Origin: Candidatus Latescibacterota bacterium
GTDB lineage: Bacteria > Latescibacterota > UBA2968
DNA: 64,000 nt
Direction: 5' to 3'
Assembly (NCBI GenBank): GCA_965222605.1
Contig: OZ244960.1
Span: forward strand, 1,824,001 to 1,888,000
The first letter of the stretch is position 1, and every line of letters starts with the position of its first letter. The notes under the pieces are model-generated. The model did no database searches. It was not told the DNA's origin and saw only the letters and a program-made list of their open reading frames with translations. Below are positions 30,766 through 40,474 of this stretch, one piece after another. A program made the position numbers and the translations under genes.

Positions 30766-31686
30766 TCAAACATACGTCAACCAGCCGTGCTTGTCTTCTG
30801 CACGCCCTTCCACAACGGAAAAAAAGGCGTCCTGTAACTTCCTTGTGATTTCGCCCCGAGAACCACAGCCGATATCGATATGATCAATAGCCGTGACAGG
30901 CGTGATCTCTGCCGCACTACCCGTAAAAAATACCTCGTCCGCAATGTACAGGGACTCCCTTGGAATCGGTCGCGCCGTCACCCTATGTCCCAAATCTCGG
31001 GCAAGTGTAATAACCGAATGGCGCGTAATACCGGGCAAAATAGACGACCCGGTGGAAGGCGTGTAAATTTGCCCATTCTTCGCCATAAAAATATTCTCGC
31101 CGCTGCCTTCGCTCACATAACCCTGTGTATCCAGAGCAATGCCCTCGGCATATCCATCGGCCATCGCCTCCATTTTAATCAGTTGTGCGTTCATGTAATT
31201 CGCCGCCACCTTGGCCAGCGAAGGCATGGTATTGGGCGCCAGGCGATTCCACGACGCAAACCGAACCGACACGCCTTTTTCCAGAGCTTCTGGACCCAGG
31301 TACTTGCCCCATTCCCACACCGCGATCACCACCTCGATCGGGCATGGCATTGGGTTGACCGCCAATTCGCCAAATCCCCGGAAAACCACAGGTCTGATAT
31401 AACACGCTTGCAAGTTGTTAATCCGAATCGTCTCCAAAATGGCCTCTTCCAGCTCATCTTCCGTATAGGGAATTTCCATGCGATAAATTTTAGCAGAATC
31501 GTAAAGCCTTTTCACATGATCTCGAAGCCTGAAACACGCCGGTCCTCTGGCGGTCTGATAACATCGTATCCCCTCAAAAATACTCGAACCGTAATGCACC
31601 ACATGGGACAACACGTGAATTTTGGCATCGTCCCAACCCACAAAATTCCCATTAAACCAGATCTTGTCTGACTTTGAAATGGGCAT
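30766..31686 (-). CDS. ilvE: Branched-chain amino acid aminotransferase
   Basis: [17 protein letters not shown] and ILPGITR. Confidence 0.96.
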   Translation of the reverse strand: MPISKSDKIWFNGNFVGWDDAKIHVLSHVVHYGSSIFEGIRCYQTARGPACFRLRDHVKRLYDSAKIYRMEIPYTEDELEEAILETIRINNLQACYIRPVVFRGFGELAVNPMPCPIEVVIAVWEWGKYLGPEALEKGVSVRFASWNRLAPNTMPSLAKVAANYMNAQLIKMEAMADGYAEGIALDTQGYVSEGSGENIFMAKNGQIYTPSTGSSILPGITRHSVITLARDLGHRVTARPIPRESLYIADEVFFTGSAAEITPVTAIDHIDIGCGSRGEITRKLQDAFFSVVEGRAEDKHGWLTYV

Positions 31687-31707
31687 AAGAAAACCCTTTC
31701 TATAAAA

Positions 31708-32484
31708 CTATCTCATAGCCAATGCGCGGCAAATCCGTTCAAATCCATCTATTGATATGGTTTCAGGACGCGCTCGACCATCGATATTCACTTCCATCAA
31801 AATCTCGTCATCTATAAGGCCAGCAAGTGCGTTGCGCACCATTTTCCTCCGCTGCTGAAATGCGGCGCGCACCACGCCAAACAAACGCCTTTCATCTACA
31901 ATATCATAAGCAGAATTCGCTTCAAAATCCAGCATCAACACAGAAGAATGCACTTTGGGCGGCGGATAAAAATGCGCGGGAGGCAGATCAAACAACTGTT
32001 TTGCGACACACCGCACCTGTATAACAACCGACAGCACGCCATACCTTTTGGTGCCAGGCTGCGCAACCATGCGTTGTCCCACCTCGCGCTGCACCATAAT
32101 CACAGCGCGTTTCCAAATCCTGCGAGCATCCGTAATTTGCCTGATGAGCGCACCCGTAATATGGTAAGGTAAATTACCCACCAGAATCGCCTTTTCTCTT
32201 TGAAACATTTCAACAAGTGCGGGCAAATTGACCCGCCGCACATCATCTGATACAATTTTTAACTGCGAACCAAATCGATCAGAAAGCAGATCACACAATT
32301 CCCTATCAACCTCAATAGCGACCACCCGATCTGCCTGCTCAACCAAGAATTCGGTCAACGCGCCCCGTCCAGGACCAATTTCTACGACCAGATCCTCTTT
32401 TTCAATCTGTGCAGCCTCTACAATTCGCTCGATAGATGCACCATCTGTGAGAAAGTGCTGACCCAGCCGCGTTTTTCTTTTCAC
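31708..32484 (-). CDS. rsmA: 16S rRNA dimethyltransferase KsgA
   Basis: LGQHFL, EIGPGRG, GNLPY and QRRK. GTG start overlaps the tatD stop. Confidence 0.95.
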   Translation of the reverse strand: MKRKTRLGQHFLTDGASIERIVEAAQIEKEDLVVEIGPGRGALTEFLVEQADRVVAIEVDRELCDLLSDRFGSQLKIVSDDVRRVNLPALVEMFQREKAILVGNLPYHITGALIRQITDARRIWKRAVIMVQREVGQRMVAQPGTKRYGVLSVVIQVRCVAKQLFDLPPAHFYPPPKVHSSVLMLDFEANSAYDIVDERRLFGVVRAAFQQRRKMVRNALAGLIDDEILMEVNIDGRARPETISIDGFERICRALAMR

Positions 32485-33251
32485 GTTGATCCCAACCCAA
32501 ACAAGGTCTGAGCATTTTGCGTTGTCTGCCGACACACATCTTCAGTATCCCCGCACCCAGCATCGGCCAGGCACTCGGCGACATAGCGCACATAAGCCGG
32601 CTCATTGCGCTTACCGCGTTTTGGCACCGGTGCCAGAAATGGACAATCCGTTTCCAAAAGCAACCGCTCAGCGGGCACATCTAATGCGACCTTCAATGCA
32701 CCCGAATTTTTGAAAGTGACAATACCGCCAAAACCAAGATAAAAATTGAGATCAACCGCACGACGGGCTTCTTCGACATGCCCACCAAAACAGTGCATCA
32801 CACCGCCCACTTCCGATCCTCCCTCTTCCTCCAACACATCTAACACCCGCGTTTCAGCACCCCGGCTGTGCATAATCAGCGGCAAGCCCATCTCCCTCGC
32901 CAGACGGATATGTGCCCGAAACGCCCGTTCCTGAACCTCGCGCGGTGCGTAGTCGCGATAAAAATCCAACCCCGTCTCTCCGACCGCAACAATTCTGGAA
33001 TGCTTCAAAAGCGCGGGCAATTTTTTCAAAGCCGACTCATCCGCCTTGGCGGAATCTGACGGATGAAACCCCGCCGAAGCATATACATCAGCCTCCGCCT
33101 CAGCAAGCGCAATGGCCGCACGGCTCGTATCCAAATTTGTCCCCACATTCACGATTTGCCCCACCCCCGCGGCACGCGCCCGAGCGAGCAGGCCGTCCAA
33201 ATCCTTCCTGAACTGTGGAAACATCAAATGCGCGTGTGAATCGACAAGCAT
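32481..33251 (-). CDS. tatD: TatD family DNase
   Basis: DSHAH, GETGLD, HCF, ETD and RNEP. Confidence 0.95.
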   Translation of the reverse strand: MLVDSHAHLMFPQFRKDLDGLLARARAAGVGQIVNVGTNLDTSRAAIALAEAEADVYASAGFHPSDSAKADESALKKLPALLKHSRIVAVGETGLDFYRDYAPREVQERAFRAHIRLAREMGLPLIMHSRGAETRVLDVLEEEGGSEVGGVMHCFGGHVEEARRAVDLNFYLGFGGIVTFKNSGALKVALDVPAERLLLETDCPFLAPVPKRGKRNEPAYVRYVAECLADAGCGDTEDVCRQTTQNAQTLFGLGST

Positions 33252-33293
33252 GTGAAAATCCTGTAAAAGCGAATTTTAACCTCTAATTGCTTC

Positions 33294-35180
33294 TTAACTC
33301 ACCTCAGCCCCATCGCCAATCTCGCTATCAGGCGTTACGAGAGTGAGACCGTGATCGTCGGAAGCCGCCAGCAGCATACCCTGGGACTCGACACCGCGAA
33401 TAGTCGCGGGTTCCAGATTGGCAACCACCACAATCTGCCGCCCAACGAGCGCATCCGGCTCATAATACTCGGCAATCCCGGCGACGATCTGGCGTTGCTC
33501 ATCGCCCAAACTAATTTGCAAACGCAGCAAGCGATCTGCTCCTTTCACGCGCTCGGCTGCGTCAATATTTGCCACGCGCAATTTGAGCTTCTGAAATTCT
33601 GAAAAAGAAATCAAATCTTCCTTCGCTTTTTCTTCTGCCACATTGACCTCCTCAATACGCGGGAATACTGGATCGCCAGGTGCAACTTTCAAATTGGCAT
33701 CCAGACCTCCCCATGATTTTAAGTCATCCAAATGAACATCTTCCGGCGATCCCTTTGCGCCGAGTTGCCGCCAAATCTCACACGCCTTTGAGGGAATCAC
33801 GGGAAATAGCAACACAGATAGTTGTCGCATGGTCTCCAGCAACGCATAAATCGTCACCTCGAGTTCGGCCCTTTTGCTTGCGTCCTTCGCCAAATGCCAC
33901 GGCGCCTGCACCTCGACAAACCGGTTGGCCTCCCGCACCAATTGCCAAATCGCATCCAGCACCGCATTGGGATTCATCGCATCAATAGCTTTGCCCACCG
34001 CATTGAGCGTCTCCTCCGTCTGCGCTTTCAAAGCGTCGAGTGCCGCATGATTACCATCAACAGCAGGTACAACACCATCCAAATATCGCGCAGCCATAAC
34101 CACCGAGCGATTCAGCAAATTGCCCAACTCATTCGCCAACTCGGTATTATAACGCTGGACAAAAGCCTCTTCGCTAAAATCGCTATCTTGCCCCAGCGTC
34201 ATATCGCGCACCAGAAAATACCGAAACGCATCCACGCCGTATTTATCCGCCAAATCCAGCGGTCGAATCGCATTGCCCAGCGACTTCCCCATCTTTGTCT
34301 CATCCACGAGCCAAAATCCATGCCCCATAATCGTTTTGGGCAATGGCACACCTATCGCCTTGAGCATCGTGGGCCAATACACGCAGTGCGTAGTCAAAAT
34401 ATCCTTACCAATCAGATGGCAAGACGCCTGCCACCAGTGCTCAAAACGCGCGTCATCGGCGAGATAGCCCGGTGCCGTAATATAATTGATCAGGGCATCG
34501 AACCACACATAACAGACATAATCTTCATCAAAAGGAAGCGGAATCCCCCACTCCAAACGCGCCCTGGGGCGAGAAATACACAAATCGCCCAGCGGTTGAC
34601 GCAAAAACCCGAGAATCTCATTGCGCCGCTTTTCCGGTCGAATAAAATTGGGGTGTGTCTCAATATATTCAATGAGCCAGTCCTGGTATTTGCTCATTTT
34701 AAAAAAGTAATTCTTCTCCGAAATCTTCGCCGTCGGCCGCCCACAATCCGGACAATTCCCATCAACCAGGTCCTTTTCCGTCCAGAACCGCTCGTCTGGG
34801 ATACAATACCAGCCCTCGTAATTGTCGGAATAGATCTCGCCCGCATCGTAAATGTGTTGCAAAATCTCGGAGACAACGCGCTTGTGCCGCGCTTCGGTTG
34901 TGCGAATAAAATCATCGTTTGAAATATTTAAGATCTCCCACAACGCCTGAAATCGCACCACCATTTCATCCGCATGTGCCTGCGGCGACAGATTGCGTTC
35001 TTTCGCAGCCTCATCCACTTTCTGCCCGTGCTCATCCGTACCGGTCAAAAACAACACATCATCGCCGGCCAGGCGATGAAAACGCGACAGCACATCGGCC
35101 ATAATCGTCGTGTACGCATGTCCGATATGGGGTTCATCATTGACGTAATAAATCGGTGTTGTAATATAAAATGTGCCCAT
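33294..35180 (-). CDS. metG: Methionine--tRNA ligase with C-terminal tRNA-binding domain
   Basis: PHIGH, YVWFDAL, KMGKS and an OB-fold C-terminus. Confidence 0.97.
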   Translation of the reverse strand: MGTFYITTPIYYVNDEPHIGHAYTTIMADVLSRFHRLAGDDVLFLTGTDEHGQKVDEAAKERNLSPQAHADEMVVRFQALWEILNISNDDFIRTTEARHKRVVSEILQHIYDAGEIYSDNYEGWYCIPDERFWTEKDLVDGNCPDCGRPTAKISEKNYFFKMSKYQDWLIEYIETHPNFIRPEKRRNEILGFLRQPLGDLCISRPRARLEWGIPLPFDEDYVCYVWFDALINYITAPGYLADDARFEHWWQASCHLIGKDILTTHCVYWPTMLKAIGVPLPKTIMGHGFWLVDETKMGKSLGNAIRPLDLADKYGVDAFRYFLVRDMTLGQDSDFSEEAFVQRYNTELANELGNLLNRSVVMAARYLDGVVPAVDGNHAALDALKAQTEETLNAVGKAIDAMNPNAVLDAIWQLVREANRFVEVQAPWHLAKDASKRAELEVTIYALLETMRQLSVLLFPVIPSKACEIWRQLGAKGSPEDVHLDDLKSWGGLDANLKVAPGDPVFPRIEEVNVAEEKAKEDLISFSEFQKLKLRVANIDAAERVKGADRLLRLQISLGDEQRQIVAGIAEYYEPDALVGRQIVVVANLEPATIRGVESQGMLLAASDDHGLTLVTPDSEIGDGAEVS

Positions 35181-35194
35181 TTTTCTACACCCAC

Positions 35195-36253
35195 TCAAAA
35201 GGACTTCATCTGCCGCCAGAGCGAGATCAAGCCCAGATTCATATTCACATTGCGATGATTCATCTCTCGCAAAGATTCAATCTTTTTTATCGTTGCGGTC
35301 AGGTGATCGAGATCAAAAACCTCCGCCAATCGCCCGACATTGTCCTCCTGCGCGGCATTGACAATATGATCGCCCCGACCGCATTGCAACAACAGCGCGT
35401 CTCTGAGCCAAATTTCTGCACCTGCCAAAATATCCAATGCCTCTTGTCGGTCGAGTTTTGCAAGTGCTTCAAACGTGCGCTCGTCCTGCCCCCACAGCAA
35501 GGCTTCCAAAAACCTAAAAGAGCGATCTTGTCTGTCTGCAATATGGCCGTCGGTCATATCCAATGCCCGGCGAAAGTTGCCGCTACATGTGCGTCCAATA
35601 AAATCTGCCGTTGTTTTATCAACACCCTTTGCCACTAACTCGGCACTGATATCATGCGGTGAAAGCACGGGAAATTTCACAAACTGACACCGCGACACAA
35701 TAGTGGGCAACAACGCATCGCCATGGGATGCAATCAAAATCAGCAACGACCGAACAGGCGGTTCCTCCAGGATTTTCAACATGGCATTGGCCGCCTCTGC
35801 GCGCATTTGATCTGCGTGCAAAATAAGCGTCGTGCGCCAGCCCCCCGCAAAAGCACTATGTGTAAACTGCCGCTGCATCTGCCGAACGCGATCAATAGTA
35901 ATCCCCACATTCTTGTCGGGCAATGGATAGTGATAAGGCGATTGCCACACCTGCAGCAGTGCGGCTTGCCTAACTTCCTCTTTCACGCTCCGAGAAAAAG
36001 GAAAGAGCATCATACTATCCGGATGGTTGAGATTTGTCACCTTGTGGCATGCGGCACAACGCCTACAGGCCACAGCACCATCTGTCTGGCAATGCAATGC
36101 CTGCACAAAATCCAAAGCTGCCGCCACTGCACCCGTACCAGAAGTGCCCAAAAACAACAGCGCGTGCGGGACTCGATCTCTTTCAATCAATTCGGTCAAA
36201 AACCGAACCGCTCGCCCCTGTCCAATCACCCGTTCCAAGATATTGCCTCTCAT
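35195..36253 (-). CDS. holB: DNA polymerase III delta' subunit
   Basis: HALLF, Zn cysteines, HPD, AANAMLK.LEEP and TIVSRC. Confidence 0.92.
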   Translation of the reverse strand: MRGNILERVIGQGRAVRFLTELIERDRVPHALLFLGTSGTGAVAAALDFVQALHCQTDGAVACRRCAACHKVTNLNHPDSMMLFPFSRSVKEEVRQAALLQVWQSPYHYPLPDKNVGITIDRVRQMQRQFTHSAFAGGWRTTLILHADQMRAEAANAMLKILEEPPVRSLLILIASHGDALLPTIVSRCQFVKFPVLSPHDISAELVAKGVDKTTADFIGRTCSGNFRRALDMTDGHIADRQDRSFRFLEALLWGQDERTFEALAKLDRQEALDILAGAEIWLRDALLLQCGRGDHIVNAAQEDNVGRLAEVFDLDHLTATIKKIESLREMNHRNVNMNLGLISLWRQMKSF

Positions 36254-36257
36254 GATG

Positions 36258-36295
36258 AAAAGCCGCTGGAACGGAACATTCCAACGGCTTTTTTT
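36258..36295 (-). terminator. Hairpin terminator/attenuator immediately upstream of holB
   Basis: Minus strand GCCGTTGGAA-N7-TTCCAGCGGC-TTTT. The G-U pair favours the minus strand. Confidence 0.65.
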
Positions 36296-36299
36296 CTAA

Positions 36300-36448
36300 T
36301 GCAAACGACTAAAATGATCCGCTATCCATGCTCCTGCTCACAATGGGAATGTACAACATGTGCAGCCCGTACAGTGACGGGCATCGGCATTTGCATTGTT
36401 GGCAAAAAAAACAACATGGAACAGCTCCATAATCAAAAGTTATTCGCA
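36300..36448 (-). ncRNA. Candidate structured RNA (~150-nt rod-like hairpin), family unknown
   Basis: Nested stems with multiple G-U pairs, bounded by a near-consensus promoter and a terminator (see findings). Confidence 0.55.
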
Positions 36449-36460
36449 ATGCGATGGCAA

Positions 36461-36489
36461 ATAATATACCTTATCCACCCATTTGTCAA
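36461..36489 (-). promoter_or_regulatory. sigma70-type promoter for the RNA/holB operon
   Basis: TTGACA-N17-TATTAT on the minus strand. Confidence 0.7.
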
Positions 36490-36524
36490 GACTTTATTAT
36501 TAAAGTTGTTTTACCTCTAAACTG

Positions 36525-36553
36525 TTGACACTTGCGATACAATTTTTTAAGTT
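36525..36553 (+). promoter_or_regulatory. Possible sigma70 promoter for the groES-like gene
   Basis: TTGACA-N17-TAAGTT. Confidence 0.45.
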
Positions 36554-36604
36554 TGACGAACAATTGTTTGGATATATGCAGGACTCATTGAGCGAGAAAA
36601 TGCA

Positions 36605-37024
36605 ATGCAAATAGGAAACAAAGAACTCGTCGTTATTGGCGACCGCGTTTTGGTCAAGCGGGAAGATTTGGAAGAGCGGACCAAAGTGGGGCTTTATTTG
36701 CCTCAAACTGTGGTCGAAAAAGAGGAAGTACAGAGCGGTCGCATTATGGCCACGGGGCCCGGTCTGCCGCTGCCAGAAACGCCCGAAAACGATGAACCCT
36801 GGCGCAATACTCCAAAAGAAACGCGATATTTGCCCCTGCAAGTTGAGGAAGGAGATTTTGCCTTATTTTTGCAAAAAGCCGCGATGGAGATTTCTTTTGA
36901 AGGCGAGAAATATCTCATTGTACCCCAGGCTTCTATTCTCGTTGTGATTCGAGAGTCGGATACCGTGGTGGGCGGAGACGAGGTATTGGATGAACTGGAG
37001 GGTTTGGACGATCTCGATCTGTGA
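36605..37024 (+). CDS. GroES/Cpn10-family co-chaperonin with acidic tail, no adjacent groEL
   Basis: GDRVLVK, GLYLP, G.I.A.GPG and EGEKYLIV. Confidence 0.85.
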   Translation: MQIGNKELVVIGDRVLVKREDLEERTKVGLYLPQTVVEKEEVQSGRIMATGPGLPLPETPENDEPWRNTPKETRYLPLQVEEGDFALFLQKAAMEISFEGEKYLIVPQASILVVIRESDTVVGGDEVLDELEGLDDLDL

Positions 37025-37047
37025 TGGTTTTTCAAATGGTCATTCCC

Positions 37048-37077
37048 CAAAAAAAGCCGCTGATTAGCGGCTTTTTT
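37048..37077. terminator. Bidirectional terminator
   Basis: AAAAAAGCCGCT-gatt-AGCGGCTTTTTT. Confidence 0.85.
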
Positions 37078-37092
37078 CTTTAAACTCACCAT

Positions 37093-38034
37093 TTACTCTT
37101 GTTTCGTCCGTGCTTCAGTATCCGGCCTGGCGCACCGGAAACCCAGAGAAGGATAGGTTTTATCGGGCTTTTCACCCCGCCGTCGGGCCATGTGGATGTG
37201 TGGAGCACTCCAGCCCCCGCCCCTTATCACGCGCTTTTTCCCGGCCTCTGGCCCCGTGGGATTATTGAGGAGAGAGACGCGGTAATATCCTTCGTCAAAC
37301 CAATCCCAACACCACTCCCACACATTGCCCGACATATCGAGCAATCCTTCACTGGTAGCACCCTCGGGAAAGGTTCCCACAGGCAGCGGGCGCCGGTTTC
37401 GGGTTTCTCGAGTATTTGTTCGCGTGACATCAAAACGGTCACCCCAGGGGTAAAGACGGCTTTGTGCCCCCCGTGCTGCGCGTTCCCACTCTGCTTCAGT
37501 GGGCAGTCGTTTGCCCTTCCATGAACAATAGGCATTGGCGTCATTCCACGAAATACCCACAACGGGTTGGTTGGGATCATTGTATTTGGCCTCGCCCCAA
37601 TACCGGGGGGCCGCATGCCCTGTGCTCGTCACAAATTCGCGGTACTGGGCATTGGTTACCTCGTGCGTATCAACCCAGTACGCATCGAGATAAACCTTGT
37701 GTACAGGTGCGTTTTTATCTTGGGTATCTCCCATAAGAAAATGGCCTGCGGGAATTTGCACCTCCATTTTACCTGTACTATCAGAAGACACTGCCGCACG
37801 GGGTCTGTGCTGTTCAAAAGGAGAACGTCCATCAATTGTTTTGATACTCAACTTGGAAATTTCGATCCGGCTGGAAGATAGCTGAAGCGTAATAGAAGTC
37901 GCGGTCTCTCGAATCAGTTCGCCTCGCACAACACGACCCGATTTGAGAACGACTTCAACGGCCTCAGTTGTATCGGCCAGGCAAGATAAGACCCCAAACA
38001 CGATGAAAAATATTCCCATAATATACCGCCGCAT
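37093..38034 (-). CDS. Secreted FGE-sulfatase/SUMF1 domain protein
   Basis: Signal peptide; F.MG, EVTN, RLPTEAEWERAARG, DMSGNVWEW and GFRC. Confidence 0.9.
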   Translation of the reverse strand: MRRYIMGIFFIVFGVLSCLADTTEAVEVVLKSGRVVRGELIRETATSITLQLSSSRIEISKLSIKTIDGRSPFEQHRPRAAVSSDSTGKMEVQIPAGHFLMGDTQDKNAPVHKVYLDAYWVDTHEVTNAQYREFVTSTGHAAPRYWGEAKYNDPNQPVVGISWNDANAYCSWKGKRLPTEAEWERAARGAQSRLYPWGDRFDVTRTNTRETRNRRPLPVGTFPEGATSEGLLDMSGNVWEWCWDWFDEGYYRVSLLNNPTGPEAGKKRVIRGGGWSAPHIHMARRRGEKPDKTYPSLGFRCARPDTEARTKQE

Positions 38035-38144
38035 TTTGCCTCCTTGGCGATTGGATTATCGCTTGTTAGTTCCTACTTTGAAAGTAATCATTTCGCGGTA
38101 TTTTGTCCAGTCCCGCAAAATATACCCAAAGTGATTATAAACAT

Positions 38145-38175
38145 AAAAAAGCCCAACCTTAAAAGGCTGGGCTTT
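38145..38175 (-). terminator. Terminator downstream of the HU gene
   Basis: AAAAAAGCCCAACCTT-aa-AAGGCTGGGCTTT. Confidence 0.75.
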
Positions 38176-38202
38176 ACGACGGTTCCCTAAATGCGGCGAT
38201 TG

Positions 38203-38526
38203 CTAAACCATGTCTTTCAGTTTTTTGAGAGCTGAAATTCTCACTCCCGACGAGGCGGGTTTGGCTGAAATTGTTATTTTTTCGCCAGTAAAAGGATTGA
38301 CACCTTCTCGTTCTGCGCGAGCTGGTTTTTCGACTCTTTTGATTTTGAGCAGACCGGGCAATACAAATTCACCGACGGAATCTTGTGCGACATGGCGGTG
38401 AATGGCGGTGCCCAATTCATCGAGAACACTGCCCACATCTTTCTTACTCAGCCCGGTGCTTTCTGCGATCGCGCCTACAATTTGGGCTTTGCTCCATCGT
38501 TTTGTTACAGCTTCAGCTTGCGGCAT
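38203..38526 (-). CDS. HU/IHF family DNA-binding protein
   Basis: SKAQIV..IAE, R.G.NPFTGE.I.I.AK. Confidence 0.9.
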   Translation of the reverse strand: MPQAEAVTKRWSKAQIVGAIAESTGLSKKDVGSVLDELGTAIHRHVAQDSVGEFVLPGLLKIKRVEKPARAEREGVNPFTGEKITISAKPASSGVRISALKKLKDMV

Positions 38527-38681
38527 AATTCTCTCCCTTTGTGAAAATGGATTTATAATCTCAAACCTGTGCCCCCGCGAAGGCAGATAGGTTGAAGGCT
38601 TGCATGTCTTAATTATAGTCCAGCATACTTTGATTTGTCAAGTACAGATTGCCCTTTCCCCATTTTTTGTGTCTCTTTGGT

Positions 38682-39665
38682 TTACTCCACCCAAATATCC
38701 GGATGCGTATCCACCCCGTATTTCTCAAATATCGCATCAATAGCACACTTGTCGTCTTCGGACAGCGTCAACTCTAATGCTCCCATATTCGACACCACCT
38801 CTTCGGGTTTACGCACGCCAACCAGTGCGGTGCTAATCACGGGATTGGACAACACCCACGCCAATGCGAGGTGATATATAGCTGTACCGCGATCCGCTGC
38901 CATCTGTTTTAATTCTTCCACCACCTTCAAATTGCGCGGAAAATTATCCTCAGTAAACAAAGGCATATTAAACAACCCGCCCTTAGAGCGCCAATCTTGT
39001 GCATCGAATATCGTATTCTCATCAAATGCCCCGGTGAGCAACCCATGCGCCAGAGACCCATACCCCATCATCCCAATGCCGTGCGCTTCGCAATATGGAA
39101 AAACATCCCTCTCCATACGCCGATCAAACATATGATAGCCGTATTGCCCCACATCTACCCGCCGCGTTTTCATACACGCATCGATCTCTTCGGCCTTGAA
39201 ATTCGATACCCCTCCAAACCGCACTTTGCCCTGCTGAATCAAATCGTCCAGTACCTGCATTGGCTCATCAAAAGGCGTGTGCCGATCGGGCCAGTGAATC
39301 AAATAGACATCGATATAATCCGTATTCAAAAACCGCAAACTATTCTCTACCGACGCCATGATCCGCTCTCTGCGACTGTCGCGCCCCTTCACCCGCCCCG
39401 AATCCGTATATCCAATACCGACCTTTGTCACCACAATCACATCCTTGCGTCTATTCTCCAGGCCACGCGCGAGCAAAGCCTCTGATTTACCCATCCCATA
39501 GCCTTCGGCTGTATCAAAACAATTAATCCCCAAATCCAGTGCCTTGTGAATGCCCGCAATCACCTCTCCTTCGTCAAAATAACCATAACTTCCGCCGAGT
39601 TCCCAGCACCCAAATCCAATCGCTGAAACGTCCAACCCGGTCTTTCCAAACGGCCTGTATTCCAT
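38682..39665 (-). CDS. Aldo/keto reductase
   Basis: IGFGCW, FDTAEGY, IHWPD and GVSNF. Confidence 0.93.
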   Translation of the reverse strand: MEYRPFGKTGLDVSAIGFGCWELGGSYGYFDEGEVIAGIHKALDLGINCFDTAEGYGMGKSEALLARGLENRRKDVIVVTKVGIGYTDSGRVKGRDSRRERIMASVENSLRFLNTDYIDVYLIHWPDRHTPFDEPMQVLDDLIQQGKVRFGGVSNFKAEEIDACMKTRRVDVGQYGYHMFDRRMERDVFPYCEAHGIGMMGYGSLAHGLLTGAFDENTIFDAQDWRSKGGLFNMPLFTEDNFPRNLKVVEELKQMAADRGTAIYHLALAWVLSNPVISTALVGVRKPEEVVSNMGALELTLSEDDKCAIDAIFEKYGVDTHPDIWVE

Positions 39666-39695
39666 ATCGAACCTCCGGTTAAAAATATTGTTTAA

Positions 39696-40463
39696 TCACC
39701 GCCCCATCCATCCGCCATCCACTGTCAAAATCGCACCATTGACATAATTGGCTGCATCCGAACACAGAAACACACACGCGCCTTTCAGATCATCCGGTTG
39801 CCCCCATCGCCCCTGGGGAATGCGCGCTAAAATTTGCTCAGAACGGACAGAATCATTGCGCAAAGCTTCGGTATTATCTGTTGCAATATAACCCGGTGCA
39901 ATAGCATTGACATTTACCCCCTTGCTCGCCCACTCATTTGACAGCGCCATCGTCAAAGTCGCAATACCCCCTTTGGCCGCGGCATAACCCGGCACTGTAA
40001 TACCCCCCTGAAAACTCAACAGAGACGCTGTAAAAACAATTTTGCCACACCCGCGCGCCACCATCTCTTTGCCAAACTCGCGTGCGAGCACAAATTGCGC
40101 GTTCAGATTTACCTCAATAACTTTATCCCAGTATTCATCGGGATGATCCGCCGCGGGTTCCCGCAAAATAGTGCCCGCGTTATTCACCAATATATCGATC
40201 TGAACGACATCTGCTTTCACCTGTGCTATAAAAGCGCGCAAAGCATCTCGATCGGAAAAATCACATGCATAAGGGCGAAAACTGCGGCCCAATGCCGCGA
40301 CATCCCCTTCTACTTCACTTCCCGACGCCAGCGATGCACTCACCCCCACAATATCGGCACCTGCCTCGGCCAATCCCTGAGCAAAAGCACGACCAATACC
40401 GCGCCGACACCCCGTAATCAGTGCAGTCTTACCGCTCAAATCAAACCGCTCCAAAATTCCCAT
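39696..40463 (-). CDS. kduD: SDR, 2-deoxy-D-gluconate 3-dehydrogenase (KduD)-like
   Basis: TGCRRGIG, NNAG, SFQGGITVPGYAAAK and VDGGWMGR. Confidence 0.85.
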   Translation of the reverse strand: MGILERFDLSGKTALITGCRRGIGRAFAQGLAEAGADIVGVSASLASGSEVEGDVAALGRSFRPYACDFSDRDALRAFIAQVKADVVQIDILVNNAGTILREPAADHPDEYWDKVIEVNLNAQFVLAREFGKEMVARGCGKIVFTASLLSFQGGITVPGYAAAKGGIATLTMALSNEWASKGVNVNAIAPGYIATDNTEALRNDSVRSEQILARIPQGRWGQPDDLKGACVFLCSDAANYVNGAILTVDGGWMGR

Positions 40464-40474
40464 AATAACTCCCG

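Noticed and set aside
36322-36417. Classical his-operon leader peptide attenuator
   Set aside because: The His codons are not consecutive, no clear RBS or antiterminator was found, and hisHF lie over 6 kb downstream. Kept only as an alternative within the structured-RNA finding.
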